Source: an uncultured Pseudanabaenaceae cyanobacterium (GTDB lineage Bacteria; Cyanobacteriota; Cyanobacteriia; PCC-9006; JAAUQQ01). Taken from it: a stretch of 64,000 nt of DNA. Positions 20,803 to 30,920 of the stretch are shown piece after piece; the first letter of the stretch is position 1, and each line of letters begins with the position of its first letter. Below the pieces are notes generated by a model. That model was not told where the DNA came from, made no database searches, and saw only the letters and a list, made by a program, of their open reading frames with translations. The stretch lies in contig CALECT010000017.1 of the NCBI GenBank assembly GCA_937949725.1, forward strand, positions 13,243 to 77,242. Reading direction: 5' to 3'. Position numbers and translations under genes: made by a program.

Positions 20803-22623
20803 ATGCTGCAACATCTTTGTATTGAGAATTTCGCCCTGGTAGACCACCTCGAACTGGACCTAGGGGCTGGACTGCATGTGCTTACGGGGGAAACCGGGGC
20901 GGGTAAGTCGATTATTTTGGATGCGATCGATGCTGTCCTTGGAGGGCGGGTTCCGGGACGAGTCATTCGCACAGGGGAATCGCGAGCGCGGTTAGAGGCT
21001 TCATTTCGACCGGGAGCTGGGGTGACAGCTTGGCTGAAAAGCTTTGAGATTGACCCGCTGGATGATGGCTTAGTGGTGTGCAGCCGGGAGATTGTCTCCA
21101 ATGGCAATGGCAGTCGCAGTCGCAGCCGAGTTAATGGGGTCTTGGTTAATCGCCAGCAAATGGAGAGCCTGCGGGAGCATTTGGTGGAAATCACCGCCCA
21201 GGGCCAAACGGTACAGCTCTGTCAGGCAGCGCGCCAGCGGGATTGGCTGGATGCCTTTGGGGATGCCGCTCTGGATAAGCAGCGAGGTCTGGTTGCCAAG
21301 GCCTTTAACGATTACCAGGAGGCCAAGCAGGCTCTTGAGCGTCGCCACCAGGCTGAGGGGCAGCGGCTCCAATTGCTTGATATGTATGAGTTCCAAGCGA
21401 AAGAGCTGGAAGCGGCAGAGCTAAATGACCCCGATGAATTGGAGCAAGCCCAGCTGGACCATCAGCGTCTGGGCCATGCTGTGGAATTGCAGCAGCAGAG
21501 CTTCCAGGTCTATGAGTTGCTGTACCAAAACGATAACGGTGGCAATGCTTGCGCAGACCTATTGGGAGATGCGGAGCAAATTCTCCAGGAGATGATGCGC
21601 TTTGACCCTAACCTCCAGGGTGTTGTGGATCTGGTGAATGAGGCGATTACCCAGGTTCAGGAAGCGGGAAACCAGGTCAATAGCTATGGCGCGGGCTTGG
21701 AAACTGACCCGGAGACTCTGGCTGAGCTGGAAACGCGAATCCATGAGCTGAAGCAAATCTGCCGAAAGTATGGCCCGACTTTGGGTGACGCGATCGCCTA
21801 CTACGCCAAAATCAGCGCCGAGCTAGCCGCTTTCTCTGACGAAAACCAGTCCCTCGAAGCCCTAGAAGCCACCTTGACCGAAGCCGAGGCCAAGCTGGTG
21901 CAGCTCTGCGCCAAGCTCACCCAACTGCGCAGCAAAGTCGCAGCCAAGCTGGAGGCTCGCCTCCTGGCTGAACTCAAGCCCTTGGCGATGGATAAAGTGA
22001 AGTTCCAAGTGCAAATCAGTCCGGTGTTGCCCACCAGCTACGGTGCGGATGCCATCTGCTTCCTGTTTAGCCCCAACCCCGGTGAACCGCTCCAGCCATT
22101 GAGCGAAACGGCTTCCGGTGGTGAGATGAGCCGCTTCTTGCTGGCGCTCAAGGCTTGCTTCTCCCAGGTGGATCCGGTAGGAACGCTGGTGTTTGACGAA
22201 ATTGATACGGGGGTTTCGGGGCGGGTATCCCAGGCGATCGCCGATAAGCTCAGTCAGCTCGGCGAAAACCAGCAGGTTCTCTGTGTGACTCACCAGCCTC
22301 TGATTGCAGCTCGGGCGGATTGTCACTATCGGGTGCAGAAAGAGGTCTTGGCCGATGAAGGGAGAACGGTTGTAAGGGTTATGCCTTTGGGCGATCGCGA
22401 CAGCCGCCGTCAGGAACTCGCGGAACTTGCGGGCGGTAAATCTGCCCAGGAAGCCATTGCTTTTGCTGAGTCCCTGCTCTCCCAGGCTGAAGCGCAAAAG
22501 CTGGGCCAGCCAGGCTTTGTGGCGGTGTTACCTGAGAAGAAGAGCTCGAAGACGAAGGCGATCGCGAAAACAGCGAAAACAACGGTGCGCCGGACGCGGA
22601 AGCAAAAGGTGGCTGCAACCTAA
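20803..22623 (+). CDS. recN: DNA repair protein RecN
   Basis: IENFAL, Walker A TGETGAGKS, signature ASGGE, FDEIDTG, VTHQP. Confidence 0.96.
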   Translation: MLQHLCIENFALVDHLELDLGAGLHVLTGETGAGKSIILDAIDAVLGGRVPGRVIRTGESRARLEASFRPGAGVTAWLKSFEIDPLDDGLVVCSREIVSNGNGSRSRSRVNGVLVNRQQMESLREHLVEITAQGQTVQLCQAARQRDWLDAFGDAALDKQRGLVAKAFNDYQEAKQALERRHQAEGQRLQLLDMYEFQAKELEAAELNDPDELEQAQLDHQRLGHAVELQQQSFQVYELLYQNDNGGNACADLLGDAEQILQEMMRFDPNLQGVVDLVNEAITQVQEAGNQVNSYGAGLETDPETLAELETRIHELKQICRKYGPTLGDAIAYYAKISAELAAFSDENQSLEALEATLTEAEAKLVQLCAKLTQLRSKVAAKLEARLLAELKPLAMDKVKFQVQISPVLPTSYGADAICFLFSPNPGEPLQPLSETASGGEMSRFLLALKACFSQVDPVGTLVFDEIDTGVSGRVSQAIADKLSQLGENQQVLCVTHQPLIAARADCHYRVQKEVLADEGRTVVRVMPLGDRDSRRQELAELAGGKSAQEAIAFAESLLSQAEAQKLGQPGFVAVLPEKKSSKTKAIAKTAKTTVRRTRKQKVAAT

Positions 22624-22669
22624 GCCTTGCTAGGCGATGTCATACCGCTTGAATACTGCTGTAGAAGCA

Positions 22670-22870
22670 ACCTGAGTTCGACAGTTCGAAAAAGCCCTTG
22701 CGAAGCAGGTTGGGAATAAATTCCCAACCTAAGAGCGAAAGCCCACTAAAGTGGGCTGCAACCCTAGCTGGTGGGCTGTTCAGTCCGTTTTAACGGACTT
22801 GAGCTTTGAGCCGTGAGGTTTAGCTCACGGCAGCAGAGCCAAGCCAGTCTTAAATTTGTCGAACTCAGGT
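22670..22870. mobile_element. 201-bp MITE (IS982-like ends) with internal REP-like hairpins
   Basis: TIR ACCTGAGTTCGACA (22670-22683) / TGTCGAACTCAGGT (22857-22870). Flanking direct repeat TAGAAGCA at 22662-22669 and 22871-22878. No transposase ORF. Confidence 0.85.
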
Positions 22871-22901
22871 TAGAAGCAATAAACGGCAATCAAATCAAAA
22901 C

Positions 22902-22943
22902 ACAGGCGAGAGCTGACATGGCCTACCATGTCAGCTCTCCTGT
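22902..22943. terminator. Hairpin between convergent recN and USP genes
   Basis: GAGAGCTGACATGG-CCTA-CCATGTCAGCTCTC with ACAGG/CCTGT extension. Confidence 0.65.
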
Positions 22944-22974
22944 TTGAAACCTAACCGCCTAATTTCACCCTGCC

Positions 22975-23463
22975 CTAAACCTCTACGCTGGGCAGCTCAC
23001 CTTGAATTACCAGTACAGAGCAACTCGCTCTATGCAAGACATAGTTGCTAACGCTGCCTAGCATCAGTTCCGCCAGGCCAGAACGTCCTCGGCGACCTAG
23101 CAAAATTAACTCCGCTCCCCAAGCCTTTGCATTTTTGCAAATCAATGCGCCTGGCCCTCCGGCATCGTAGGCAATACTGGCTTTTACGTTGGATTGCTGC
23201 GCCCGTTCCTGGAAATGCTGAAGCCGCTCCTTTGTTTTGTTGAGATTGATTTGGGTCATCTCCACATCCAGGCTGGAAAAGTCTTGATCCGGTAGGGTTC
23301 CCAGGCTACTAGCAGGCTCCTTATAAAGGCTGGGAGCCCACTCCACACAGCTAAAAAGCATCAGCTCGCTCTCTTCACGATGGGCCAGGTCAATAGCCTG
23401 GTTAAAAACGCTTTCCGCATTGTCGTGGTGATCGAGGGCGACGAGGATCTTATGAAATGCCAT
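22975..23463 (-). CDS. Universal stress protein (UspA family)
   Basis: FHKILVALD ... LGRRGRSGLAELMLGSVSNYVLHRASCSVLVI. Confidence 0.93.
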   Translation of the reverse strand: MAFHKILVALDHHDNAESVFNQAIDLAHREESELMLFSCVEWAPSLYKEPASSLGTLPDQDFSSLDVEMTQINLNKTKERLQHFQERAQQSNVKASIAYDAGGPGALICKNAKAWGAELILLGRRGRSGLAELMLGSVSNYVLHRASCSVLVIQGELPSVEV

Positions 23464-24019
23464 GGCGATGAACGGGTAAAAGTGGCTTGGATATTGATTG
23501 CGGAGTAGAAGAGCCTAATGATTCAGGCCAACAGTACGTGGTCGAGTTATCCAATGGGTTTAAGTCGTTAGGGCGGTTGCTTTGATGCTTCCCGGTTCCC
23601 TCAACAGGGTTTCTCTTCGTATCTTCATCTTCCAAGGGGAATGTGAGCTTGGATGGATATTGTGACTGAATCGTTACTCAACTCATGACTGTGTAATTTC
23701 ATTGGATTTCGCTTGGAATCATTCAGACAATCTGGCTTTGGGTGATTTGAGGCCATTGCTTTGGGAGTGATCGCCGATTGCTTTGCCTGCTTTGCAAGTA
23801 TAAAAACGCACTAACGTAAGCGATTTGTCTCGGAATTTTAGAGATTGTACGGTTCTCATTGATAAAGCTTGTATCAATCTTTAGGCCTGCTATCCGGAGT
23901 AGAGAGAAGTCATAGGCTTCGCCATCCGTTTCAAGGAGTTGTGAGCATTACCCCAGTGGTGATGTGAGGCAGAGCTTTTTCATGAAGTAACTGTGTGATT
24001 GCAACGGGGAGTTTAGCCC

Positions 24020-25510
24020 ATGGTGTCCATTGGACTGTCCGCCACCGATAAGTCTGCTGTTGAACAAGTATCGATGTCGTTGTTGGTAGAACCTTGCGCT
24101 GCTGATGCTTCGTTGGGGGAAACGGTTAACCGACTGTCTACGCCTGCGATGCAGATTGGTTCTGTGGGCGCTTTGGTGGTGTTGGGGGTATTGGGGACTG
24201 CCGGTAGTGCCCAGGCCATGGTGCGCCGTGGGGCCCAATGTGAGGCTGTGGATCAGCTCCAAGTCGCTTTGGGCGATCGCGGCTATGACATCGGGGGCGT
24301 GGATGGCAAGTTTGGCGGACGCACCGAAGCTGCGGTACGTCGTTTCCAGAAACAGCAGAATCTCCAGGCTGATGGCATCGTGGGTCCTGCGACTGCTCGG
24401 GCTATGGGCTTGCCACCGGAGTTTAGCTGTTCCTACGTAGCTGCCCAGGCGGTTCAAAAGCCGGTGGCATGGTCGCCCGAGGGGGAGTTTGCTGTCGTTA
24501 CGAACGGTGGAGCCTTGCGCTTGCGCAAAGCCCCAGAAGGCTCGGTTGTAGGTGCACTGAAGAATGGTGACCGGGTCACGGTAATTGGAATGAAGGATGG
24601 CTGGGCTAGGCTTAGCTCCGGTGCCTGGGTTTCACGGGCTTGGTTGCAGGTGGGGCGGAGAGTTCAGAACAATGTGCCTCAAAAACAGCAGCCCATTGCC
24701 CAGTCTGTCCCCGCTGCTGATGTCTCACCTGGGCAGCAGACTCTCGCTGCTGCTATTCCTGGCCAGGTGGTTGAGCTCCCCTCGCCGGAATCTCCCCAAC
24801 TCGGTCTTCAAGTCGCGGTGGAGCCCAAGGTTGCTGCTGTTCCCCTAAAGACTGGCAAAATTGCCGTGAGTCTGCCAAAAGCTGAGCCTGCCTTGGAGAC
24901 TCGTAATCAAGTCGTGGTTGAGCAGGTTGCTTCTGATGAACCGACTTTGATTCAAACTGTTGCAGAGCCTGTTGTGGCTGCCTCTGTACCCACACCCGCC
25001 TCTATCAATAAAGTCTCAGCTCCTCGCCTTGACTTGGAGCCCGGTCAGATTAATTCTCGTGCGCTGCTTGTCGCTGCTGCGTCAGATTCCATTTCCTTGC
25101 CCAGCGCGATGGCCCCAGAGTCCACACCTCTTAACGTTGCTGAATCCCCTCGGGTTGTGGACCCAGCAGAGACTGCATTTGCCCCTGTAGAGTCCGTGAT
25201 TAAGGAGGTTGCTGAGCCAACTTTGGCTGAGCCTCTGGTAGCTGAAGATCAGCTTCAGGCTGAAGCGATCGCCGAGCCGTTACCGCTGGAATCACCTGCT
25301 GAGCCTGCGGTCGTTGCAGTACGCTCGTCTTCCAGTCAATCCATGGAAGTGGCAACCTATGGCGATCGCCTTCTCATCCGTGAGAGTCCTGGCGGTCAGG
25401 TCATCGGCTCCATCCCCAATGGCTTAAAAATCAGCACTGTTGATGAGAAGGATGGTTGGTACGAACTAGAAACCGGCGGCTGGGTGATGGCTCGCTGGCT
25501 GCGGAGTTAG
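24020..25510 (+). CDS. Secreted protein with peptidoglycan-binding domain and two SH3b domains; start uncertain
   Basis: PG_binding_1 (LQVAL..RGY..VDGKFG..TEAAVRRFQ..DGIVGPAT), SH3b-like LRLRKAP..GWARL..GAWVS and LLIRESP..GWYEL..GGWV, low-complexity spacer. Confidence 0.8.
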   Translation: MVSIGLSATDKSAVEQVSMSLLVEPCAADASLGETVNRLSTPAMQIGSVGALVVLGVLGTAGSAQAMVRRGAQCEAVDQLQVALGDRGYDIGGVDGKFGGRTEAAVRRFQKQQNLQADGIVGPATARAMGLPPEFSCSYVAAQAVQKPVAWSPEGEFAVVTNGGALRLRKAPEGSVVGALKNGDRVTVIGMKDGWARLSSGAWVSRAWLQVGRRVQNNVPQKQQPIAQSVPAADVSPGQQTLAAAIPGQVVELPSPESPQLGLQVAVEPKVAAVPLKTGKIAVSLPKAEPALETRNQVVVEQVASDEPTLIQTVAEPVVAASVPTPASINKVSAPRLDLEPGQINSRALLVAAASDSISLPSAMAPESTPLNVAESPRVVDPAETAFAPVESVIKEVAEPTLAEPLVAEDQLQAEAIAEPLPLESPAEPAVVAVRSSSSQSMEVATYGDRLLIRESPGGQVIGSIPNGLKISTVDEKDGWYELETGGWVMARWLRS

Positions 25511-25557
25511 TCCACTGTTTGGGCCATGTTGAAGGCGAGTTGTTCTTCAATTTGTCT

Positions 25558-26763
25558 TCAACTGCCTAACAACACCCGCTGCACTGCTACAGCATCCATT
25601 CCGGGTTGAATGTCAGGGCGATACAGCATCGTCAGGAGTTGTTTATCTTGCTTGCTGTAGGCCTGGGTTTGGCTCCAGCCCTGAAAAAAGATGCTGTTGG
25701 AATCTGCGGCAGAGTCCTGCATCAAGCCTAGGGATTGAGTCAGCTCTTCGCGAATGAGGTGGGAGCGTTCGGGTTGATTAATATCAGTGGTGGATATGAG
25801 AATCCGTCCCCGCTGTATTTCTCCCTGAGCGGCTTCGTTCCAAAAGAAGCCATGGTTCACAGGCTTGTAACTGGCTTCGTATTGGCTAAAGTTTTGCTCA
25901 GCGACAAAAAAGATTTCTAGGTTGGGCTCGCTCTCGACAAATCCCAGCTCTACATCACCCAGGAGGTGATTGATTTCTGCCACAACCTGCTCCAAGGTCG
26001 CGATATCAGTAGGAGTGGGATGACCATAAACTTGGATGCGTAGGTCTTGGGTCCATTTTCGAATGTGGGGGATGCTGCTGGGTTGACTGTTGGGCGAAAA
26101 TTCTGTGCCTAGGGCGATCGCGAGGAAGTTCGCGACCTCCTCAGGGCTATGTTGCAGCTTGCCTACCGTGGTTGGCGCAGATGCAGGGGTTGACCTATGC
26201 CTAAGATCGGGAGTGAGATGGTGTTGTAAAACCGGTGCGGTGGCTAGGTTGGTTGATGCTGCGCTGAAAGCTGGGGCAGGTTTGATGTCAGCGGGAGAAG
26301 GTTGGATAGCTTGATTCGCTCTTGTTTCAATCGCTTCAGCCAGGCGTTGATGGGTTTGCCCGCTAAGGTCAGCAATTTCATGTTTGATAGCTCGTCGCTG
26401 CCTTCTCCGCAGGACAATGGGTTGTGGAGCTTTGTCTGAATCCAGTCCTTCGGCAACCTGTGACGGTTGAGGTTGCCATTGCATGATGCTCTGGCCTGTC
26501 CATTGCATTGCTTTAGCGATGCTATTGCCTGAAAGCTTGTTGCCGAGATTATCGGCCAACTCCTCTGCCCAGCCTTCTTCAGGCAGACCCTGACGATTGG
26601 CTTGTTCTAGGGCAGCAGAGCCCAGGATGAAGGAGAAGCCGAGGGGAAACATCAGCAGAACAAGGCCCAGGCCTTGCCAGTGATGCAGTTGTTTCCAAGG
26701 CGGAAGGGGTCGCTTTGCGGTTAACCGTGAATTCAACTTCGCCATGGTTGTCCCGCTCTCCAT
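25558..26763 (-). CDS. DUF2927-family protein with N-terminal TM segment
   Basis: IALGTEF...IRKW, RSHLIREELTQSLGLMQDS..SIFFQ, LTMLYRPDIQPGM. Confidence 0.75.
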   Translation of the reverse strand: MESGTTMAKLNSRLTAKRPLPPWKQLHHWQGLGLVLLMFPLGFSFILGSAALEQANRQGLPEEGWAEELADNLGNKLSGNSIAKAMQWTGQSIMQWQPQPSQVAEGLDSDKAPQPIVLRRRQRRAIKHEIADLSGQTHQRLAEAIETRANQAIQPSPADIKPAPAFSAASTNLATAPVLQHHLTPDLRHRSTPASAPTTVGKLQHSPEEVANFLAIALGTEFSPNSQPSSIPHIRKWTQDLRIQVYGHPTPTDIATLEQVVAEINHLLGDVELGFVESEPNLEIFFVAEQNFSQYEASYKPVNHGFFWNEAAQGEIQRGRILISTTDINQPERSHLIREELTQSLGLMQDSAADSNSIFFQGWSQTQAYSKQDKQLLTMLYRPDIQPGMDAVAVQRVLLGS

Positions 26764-26880
26764 CCCTTGAGCTTTGATTTAACCAAGGTAGATTGCCTGC
26801 TCAGGCGCTCCCAGGGGCATAGATGCCTCAATCTGGGCAGGTCTTGGCCCCATGGCTAGCTTTGGCGTTGCCCCGAAACA

Positions 26881-26921
26881 CAAATCCCCAGTGAGCAGGA
26901 AATTAGCTCACTGGGGATTTG
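26881..26921 (-). terminator. Terminator hairpin after argH
   Basis: CAAATCCCCAGTGAGC-N9-GCTCACTGGGGATTTG, about 30 bp downstream of the stop. Confidence 0.75.
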
Positions 26922-26949
26922 GTTCTGTCGATATGGCAGAGGTAGAGGC

Positions 26950-28365
26950 TTAGCTTTGGAGCTGAGCCTTGGAGCGGGTGATCGCTTCCCTCACTTGCTC
27001 AAAGCCCGTGCCGCCGTAGCTATTGCGTCTTTCCACGACCTGCTTAGGTGTAATGGCTTCATAGATATCCTGCTCAAACTTAGGATGGAGCGCCTGCCAT
27101 TCTTCCAGAGTCAAATCCTTAAGCAATTTGTTCTGAGCCAAGCTCGTACGCACCACTTTGCCCACCAGGTTGTATGCCTCCCGGAAGGGAACGCCTTTGC
27201 CCGCCAAATAATCCGCCACATCTGTTGCATTGGAGAAGTCCGAAGCAACGGCCTCGGCCAAGCGCTGGGGCTGAAACTCAATGCCCTCCCGCAGCAGGAT
27301 TGTCATGGCTTCGAGACAGCCAGAGACCGTATTGACGGTATCAAACAGGCCCTCTTTATCTTCCTGGAGGTCTTTGTTGTAAGCCAGGGGCAGACCTTTA
27401 AGAATCACCAGCATGGCTTGCAAGTGCCCAAAGACCCGACCGGTTTTGCCCCGGACCAGCTCTGGAATATCGGGGTTCTTCTTCTGGGGCATGATGCTGG
27501 AGCCCGTGGAGCAGTTGTCCTTAAGGCGAATGAAGCGAAATTCCTCCGAAGCCCAGAGAATCATCTCCTCGGACATGCGGCTGAGGTGGACCAGAATGAG
27601 GCTGGAAGCAGCTAGGAATTCTACGGCGAAGTCGCGATCGCTTACCGCATCCAGGCTATTGCCATAAACCCGCTCAAAGCCCAATAGTTTTGCACTCAGC
27701 TGACGGTTAATGGGAAAGGTCGTACCCGCCAGAGCCCCTGCCCCTAGGGGAGAGCAATTAATTCTTTTCAGTGCATCACCCAATCGCTCATGGTCCCGTT
27801 CCGCCATGTCGCAATAGGCCAGCAGATGGTGGGCCAAGCTCACGGGCTGGGCTCGCTGGAGGTGGGTATAGCCAGGAATCAGGGTTTCAACATTCTGTTC
27901 TGCTAACCCTAGCAATACAGTCTGAAACTCCCGCAATTGCTGACGAATACGCTCTACATGGTCCCGCAGGTATAGGCGAATATCTGTTCCCACCTGGTCA
28001 TTACGGGAGCGGGCAGTGTGCAGCTTTTTCCCCGTATCACCCAGCAGTTCTGTCAGGCGATGTTCCACTGCAAAATGGACATCCTCGTCATCCACTGTTG
28101 GATTGAGCTTGCCTTCGCGGTATTCCTGGCGGATTTGCTCCAGCCCCTCGACGAGCTGCTGTGCTTCAGCTTCAGAGATGATGCCAGTGCTGGCCAGCAT
28201 CTTGGCATGGGCTTGGGAGCCAGTGATGTCGTACTCAATCAGCTCGATGTCGAAGCCGATGCTGGCATTGAAGCGGGCGATCGCTGGGTGTAGCGAAGAC
28301 TCAAACCGCTGGCTCCAGGTTTTCTGGGAGCTAGCGGTGTTATCAGGGGGGGAGGATTGGGGCAT
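26950..28365 (-). CDS. argH: Argininosuccinate lyase
   Basis: [21 protein letters not shown], fumarate-lyase signature [13 protein letters not shown]. Confidence 0.97.
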   Translation of the reverse strand: MPQSSPPDNTASSQKTWSQRFESSLHPAIARFNASIGFDIELIEYDITGSQAHAKMLASTGIISEAEAQQLVEGLEQIRQEYREGKLNPTVDDEDVHFAVEHRLTELLGDTGKKLHTARSRNDQVGTDIRLYLRDHVERIRQQLREFQTVLLGLAEQNVETLIPGYTHLQRAQPVSLAHHLLAYCDMAERDHERLGDALKRINCSPLGAGALAGTTFPINRQLSAKLLGFERVYGNSLDAVSDRDFAVEFLAASSLILVHLSRMSEEMILWASEEFRFIRLKDNCSTGSSIMPQKKNPDIPELVRGKTGRVFGHLQAMLVILKGLPLAYNKDLQEDKEGLFDTVNTVSGCLEAMTILLREGIEFQPQRLAEAVASDFSNATDVADYLAGKGVPFREAYNLVGKVVRTSLAQNKLLKDLTLEEWQALHPKFEQDIYEAITPKQVVERRNSYGGTGFEQVREAITRSKAQLQS

Positions 28366-28598
28366 TAACCGTAGGACGTCAGACTCTTAAAGATATAGCC
28401 AATCACAAAACCGATCAGCATGGCCCAAAGCTGACCAGAATCGACAAAACGGCCCCAAGCTCCAGTCATATCTCCCAGGATGTCTTGGTCAAACTGTTGA
28501 GCCAGGATTGTTGTGTGAGTCGCAGTTTGGCTCAGGGCATCAAGGGCAGTGCTGCCATCGTTGAGCACAATGAGGGAAAGGTCTAGATTCTCAATCAT
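28365..28598 (-). CDS. Small single-pass membrane protein, translationally coupled to argH
   Basis: C-terminal TM segment [17 protein letters not shown]. Its TAA overlaps the argH ATG (TAATG). Confidence 0.7.
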   Translation of the reverse strand: MIENLDLSLIVLNDGSTALDALSQTATHTTILAQQFDQDILGDMTGAWGRFVDSGQLWAMLIGFVIGYIFKSLTSYG

Positions 28599-28804
28599 TC
28601 AGGGATTCTCCCCCTAGCACTTCTAGGGATAGGCTAAACGCTGCGATTGTACTATGCGTTTTGGAAATTCAACCGCTGGTAAGGGGAAAACGATAGAAGG
28701 AAGGTTGCCAGGAATGATGCCCATAGGAAATTAGGCGATCCACTATTCAATATCCGTTCTCATTCTCCAACCTTTGGGCAAGAAACAGAGCTGAGCGATT
28801 GTCT

Positions 28805-30232
28805 CTATCTAGGCAAATTTGCCTTCAGCACTACCAGAGTCATGTCATCGTCGTTGCGCTTCTTGGGGCCAATGAATTGCTGTACCCGGTCAAAGAGGGT
28901 GTCAAGGATGCGTTGAGGGTCGTCGTAGCGCTGGCAGGCCCATTGGATCGTGCGGATGAGGTTATCTTCGTCGAAGCGATCGCCATCAATAGTCGCTGCA
29001 TCAGTAAAGCCATCGGTGTAGTAAACCACCACATCCCCCGGCTCCAGCTTGACCTGTCCGCCTTCGTAATGGCTGTTATGTTCCAAGCCAACCAACATCC
29101 CTAGACTGTCCAGACGATGGAGGCTCTTGGTGGCAAAGCGCCATAGTAGGGGTGGGTTATGGGCGGCGTTGCTATATTGGAGAATGCGCGTTCTGGGGTC
29201 ATAGACCGAATAGAACAGCGTGACAAAACGATTTGAATTCTCTAGATCTGCATACATCACCCGATTGAGGTGCTGCAAGATCCTGGCAGGCGGATGGCCG
29301 TTGAGCACCTCAGCTCGCAGCATACCCCGCAGCATGGTCATGATCAGGCCCGCAGGCACGCCCTTACCCATGACATCGCCAATGGCAATGCCCCAGGGGT
29401 CACTGGCTTGGGCTTTGCGCTGGTTCAGACGAACGTCGTTGCGAGTGGGAATGAAATCATAGTAATCACCGCCAACACGATTCGCAGTCTCACAACGAGC
29501 TGCGAAGGTGAGACCTTCCACCTTGGGACAGGTTCGGGGAAGCAGCTGACGCTGAATCTCGGCACCAATCTCTAGCTCGCGATCCAGGCGCTGCTTCTGG
29601 CGTAGCTCGCCCGCAAGCTCGTCTTGCTCTAGGGCGACGGAAGTTTGATCTGCAACAAAGCGAACGAGTTTTTGACGACTCTCGGTCCACTCATAGGTGG
29701 GGCTATAGCTAAAGATATAGAGGCGTCCACGCTCCAATGTTCGCTGGAGTATAGAGGTGCCGAACAGCTTTACCCCTGGGCCAAAGGCATGGGTGACCCA
29801 GCTATCCAGTTGGCTGGCCCAACCAGGGCGAGACAGGGTTTGATCATCCTGGTGGGAAAACTGCTCAGTGGCCACTTCCAGAGCTCGCTTTAGAGGAGCA
29901 CTGCGTTTCTCATAGTTGGGTTTGTCGTCGTTGAAATGGAACCGCTCTAGGCGCAACTCGCCATCGGGTTGTAGGACCATCAAGGCCCCGCCATCGGCCT
30001 TGGTGACGCGGCTAGCCACCATGGGAATCAGTTCTAGGAACTGATTGAGATTATGGAAGCTGCGTAGGGCGAAGCCCAGGGAGCCCAGTAGATCTTGAGT
30101 GCTATTTTGCTCATGGTTAAGCTGGGCTACAAGCTCTTTGAGAGCGACGACCGGAGCTGCCAGCTCACCGCCTTCCATCCCCGGGCGAACCGGAGATTTG
30201 GATTTGGATTTGGATAGCGGCACTGTGGTCAT
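28805..30232 (-). CDS. GAF + PP2C (SpoIIE/RsbU-type) Ser/Thr phosphatase
   Basis: ELEIGAEIQRQLLP, VGGDYYDF, IGDVMGKG, YTDGFTDA, DDMTLVV. Confidence 0.92.
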   Translation of the reverse strand: MTTVPLSKSKSKSPVRPGMEGGELAAPVVALKELVAQLNHEQNSTQDLLGSLGFALRSFHNLNQFLELIPMVASRVTKADGGALMVLQPDGELRLERFHFNDDKPNYEKRSAPLKRALEVATEQFSHQDDQTLSRPGWASQLDSWVTHAFGPGVKLFGTSILQRTLERGRLYIFSYSPTYEWTESRQKLVRFVADQTSVALEQDELAGELRQKQRLDRELEIGAEIQRQLLPRTCPKVEGLTFAARCETANRVGGDYYDFIPTRNDVRLNQRKAQASDPWGIAIGDVMGKGVPAGLIMTMLRGMLRAEVLNGHPPARILQHLNRVMYADLENSNRFVTLFYSVYDPRTRILQYSNAAHNPPLLWRFATKSLHRLDSLGMLVGLEHNSHYEGGQVKLEPGDVVVYYTDGFTDAATIDGDRFDEDNLIRTIQWACQRYDDPQRILDTLFDRVQQFIGPKKRNDDDMTLVVLKANLPR

Positions 30233-30852
30233 GAAGTTGGGAAGACCCCGATGTGAATCTGAAGGGAGGCAGCTGCCTAACGGTCTGTTGAAATGGGGGC
30301 GAGGAAACTGAAGCCCTTGGGAACCTCGACGGGCTCCCCCACAAGGGACTTGGATTTCTGCCCCATAGTGATAGCGCGAATTGGCACGGTTGCCAACTTA
30401 TTTTCAACCTCCAGGCTTGATTTCAATGACAGAAGTCCAGAGGAATTCCTGAAGTGCAGGTATCGAATAGTGCTAATGCATCTCCTGACCTAAGCCTGGT
30501 TCGCTAAGCGAACTAAACCAGCTTGAGGCTGGCTCAATCGTCCTAAACGTTACGCTTCAAGGCTGATTGAGGATTGAGCCGTCCGGTGTTCTTTGGAAGC
30601 TAGATGTTGCTGCTTTAGGTCGGGATACTACTCTTTCTAGATCCAAATGACTAACACCTTGACTGGTTTACAGGCTGAATGAGTGCGATCGCATCCGTGC
30701 ATTCTCTAGGGTTTTAAAGTTGCCATTTGGTAACAGAATCTTGCACTTGAACAATTCAGCCGATGGGAGGTTTACCTATATTTTCTTGTCGGAGAAAATA
30801 TGGTTCTACGGTGCTGCCCGAGTCATAAGGTCGTAAATCTGCCCAAAGCAAT

Positions 30853-30887
30853 GCCCTGTTAGCGCAAGTGAATTGCTCTAACAGGGC
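30853..30887 (-). terminator. Hairpin after ftsY
   Basis: GCCCTGTTAGCGCAA-GTGAA-TTGCTCTAACAGGGC (one mismatch). Confidence 0.6.
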
Positions 30888-30920
30888 TAGGGAAATGATG
30901 GCTTGGTGTAGCTGGTTCGA

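Noticed and set aside
22670..22870. Mini CRISPR array
   Set aside because: The hairpins are not identical direct repeats with unique spacers. TIRs plus a target duplication indicate a MITE.
30193..30214. GATTTG x3 microsatellite as a phase-variation switch in the PP2C gene
   Set aside because: The hexamer unit is in frame (SKSKSK), so slippage would not shift the frame, and there are only three copies.
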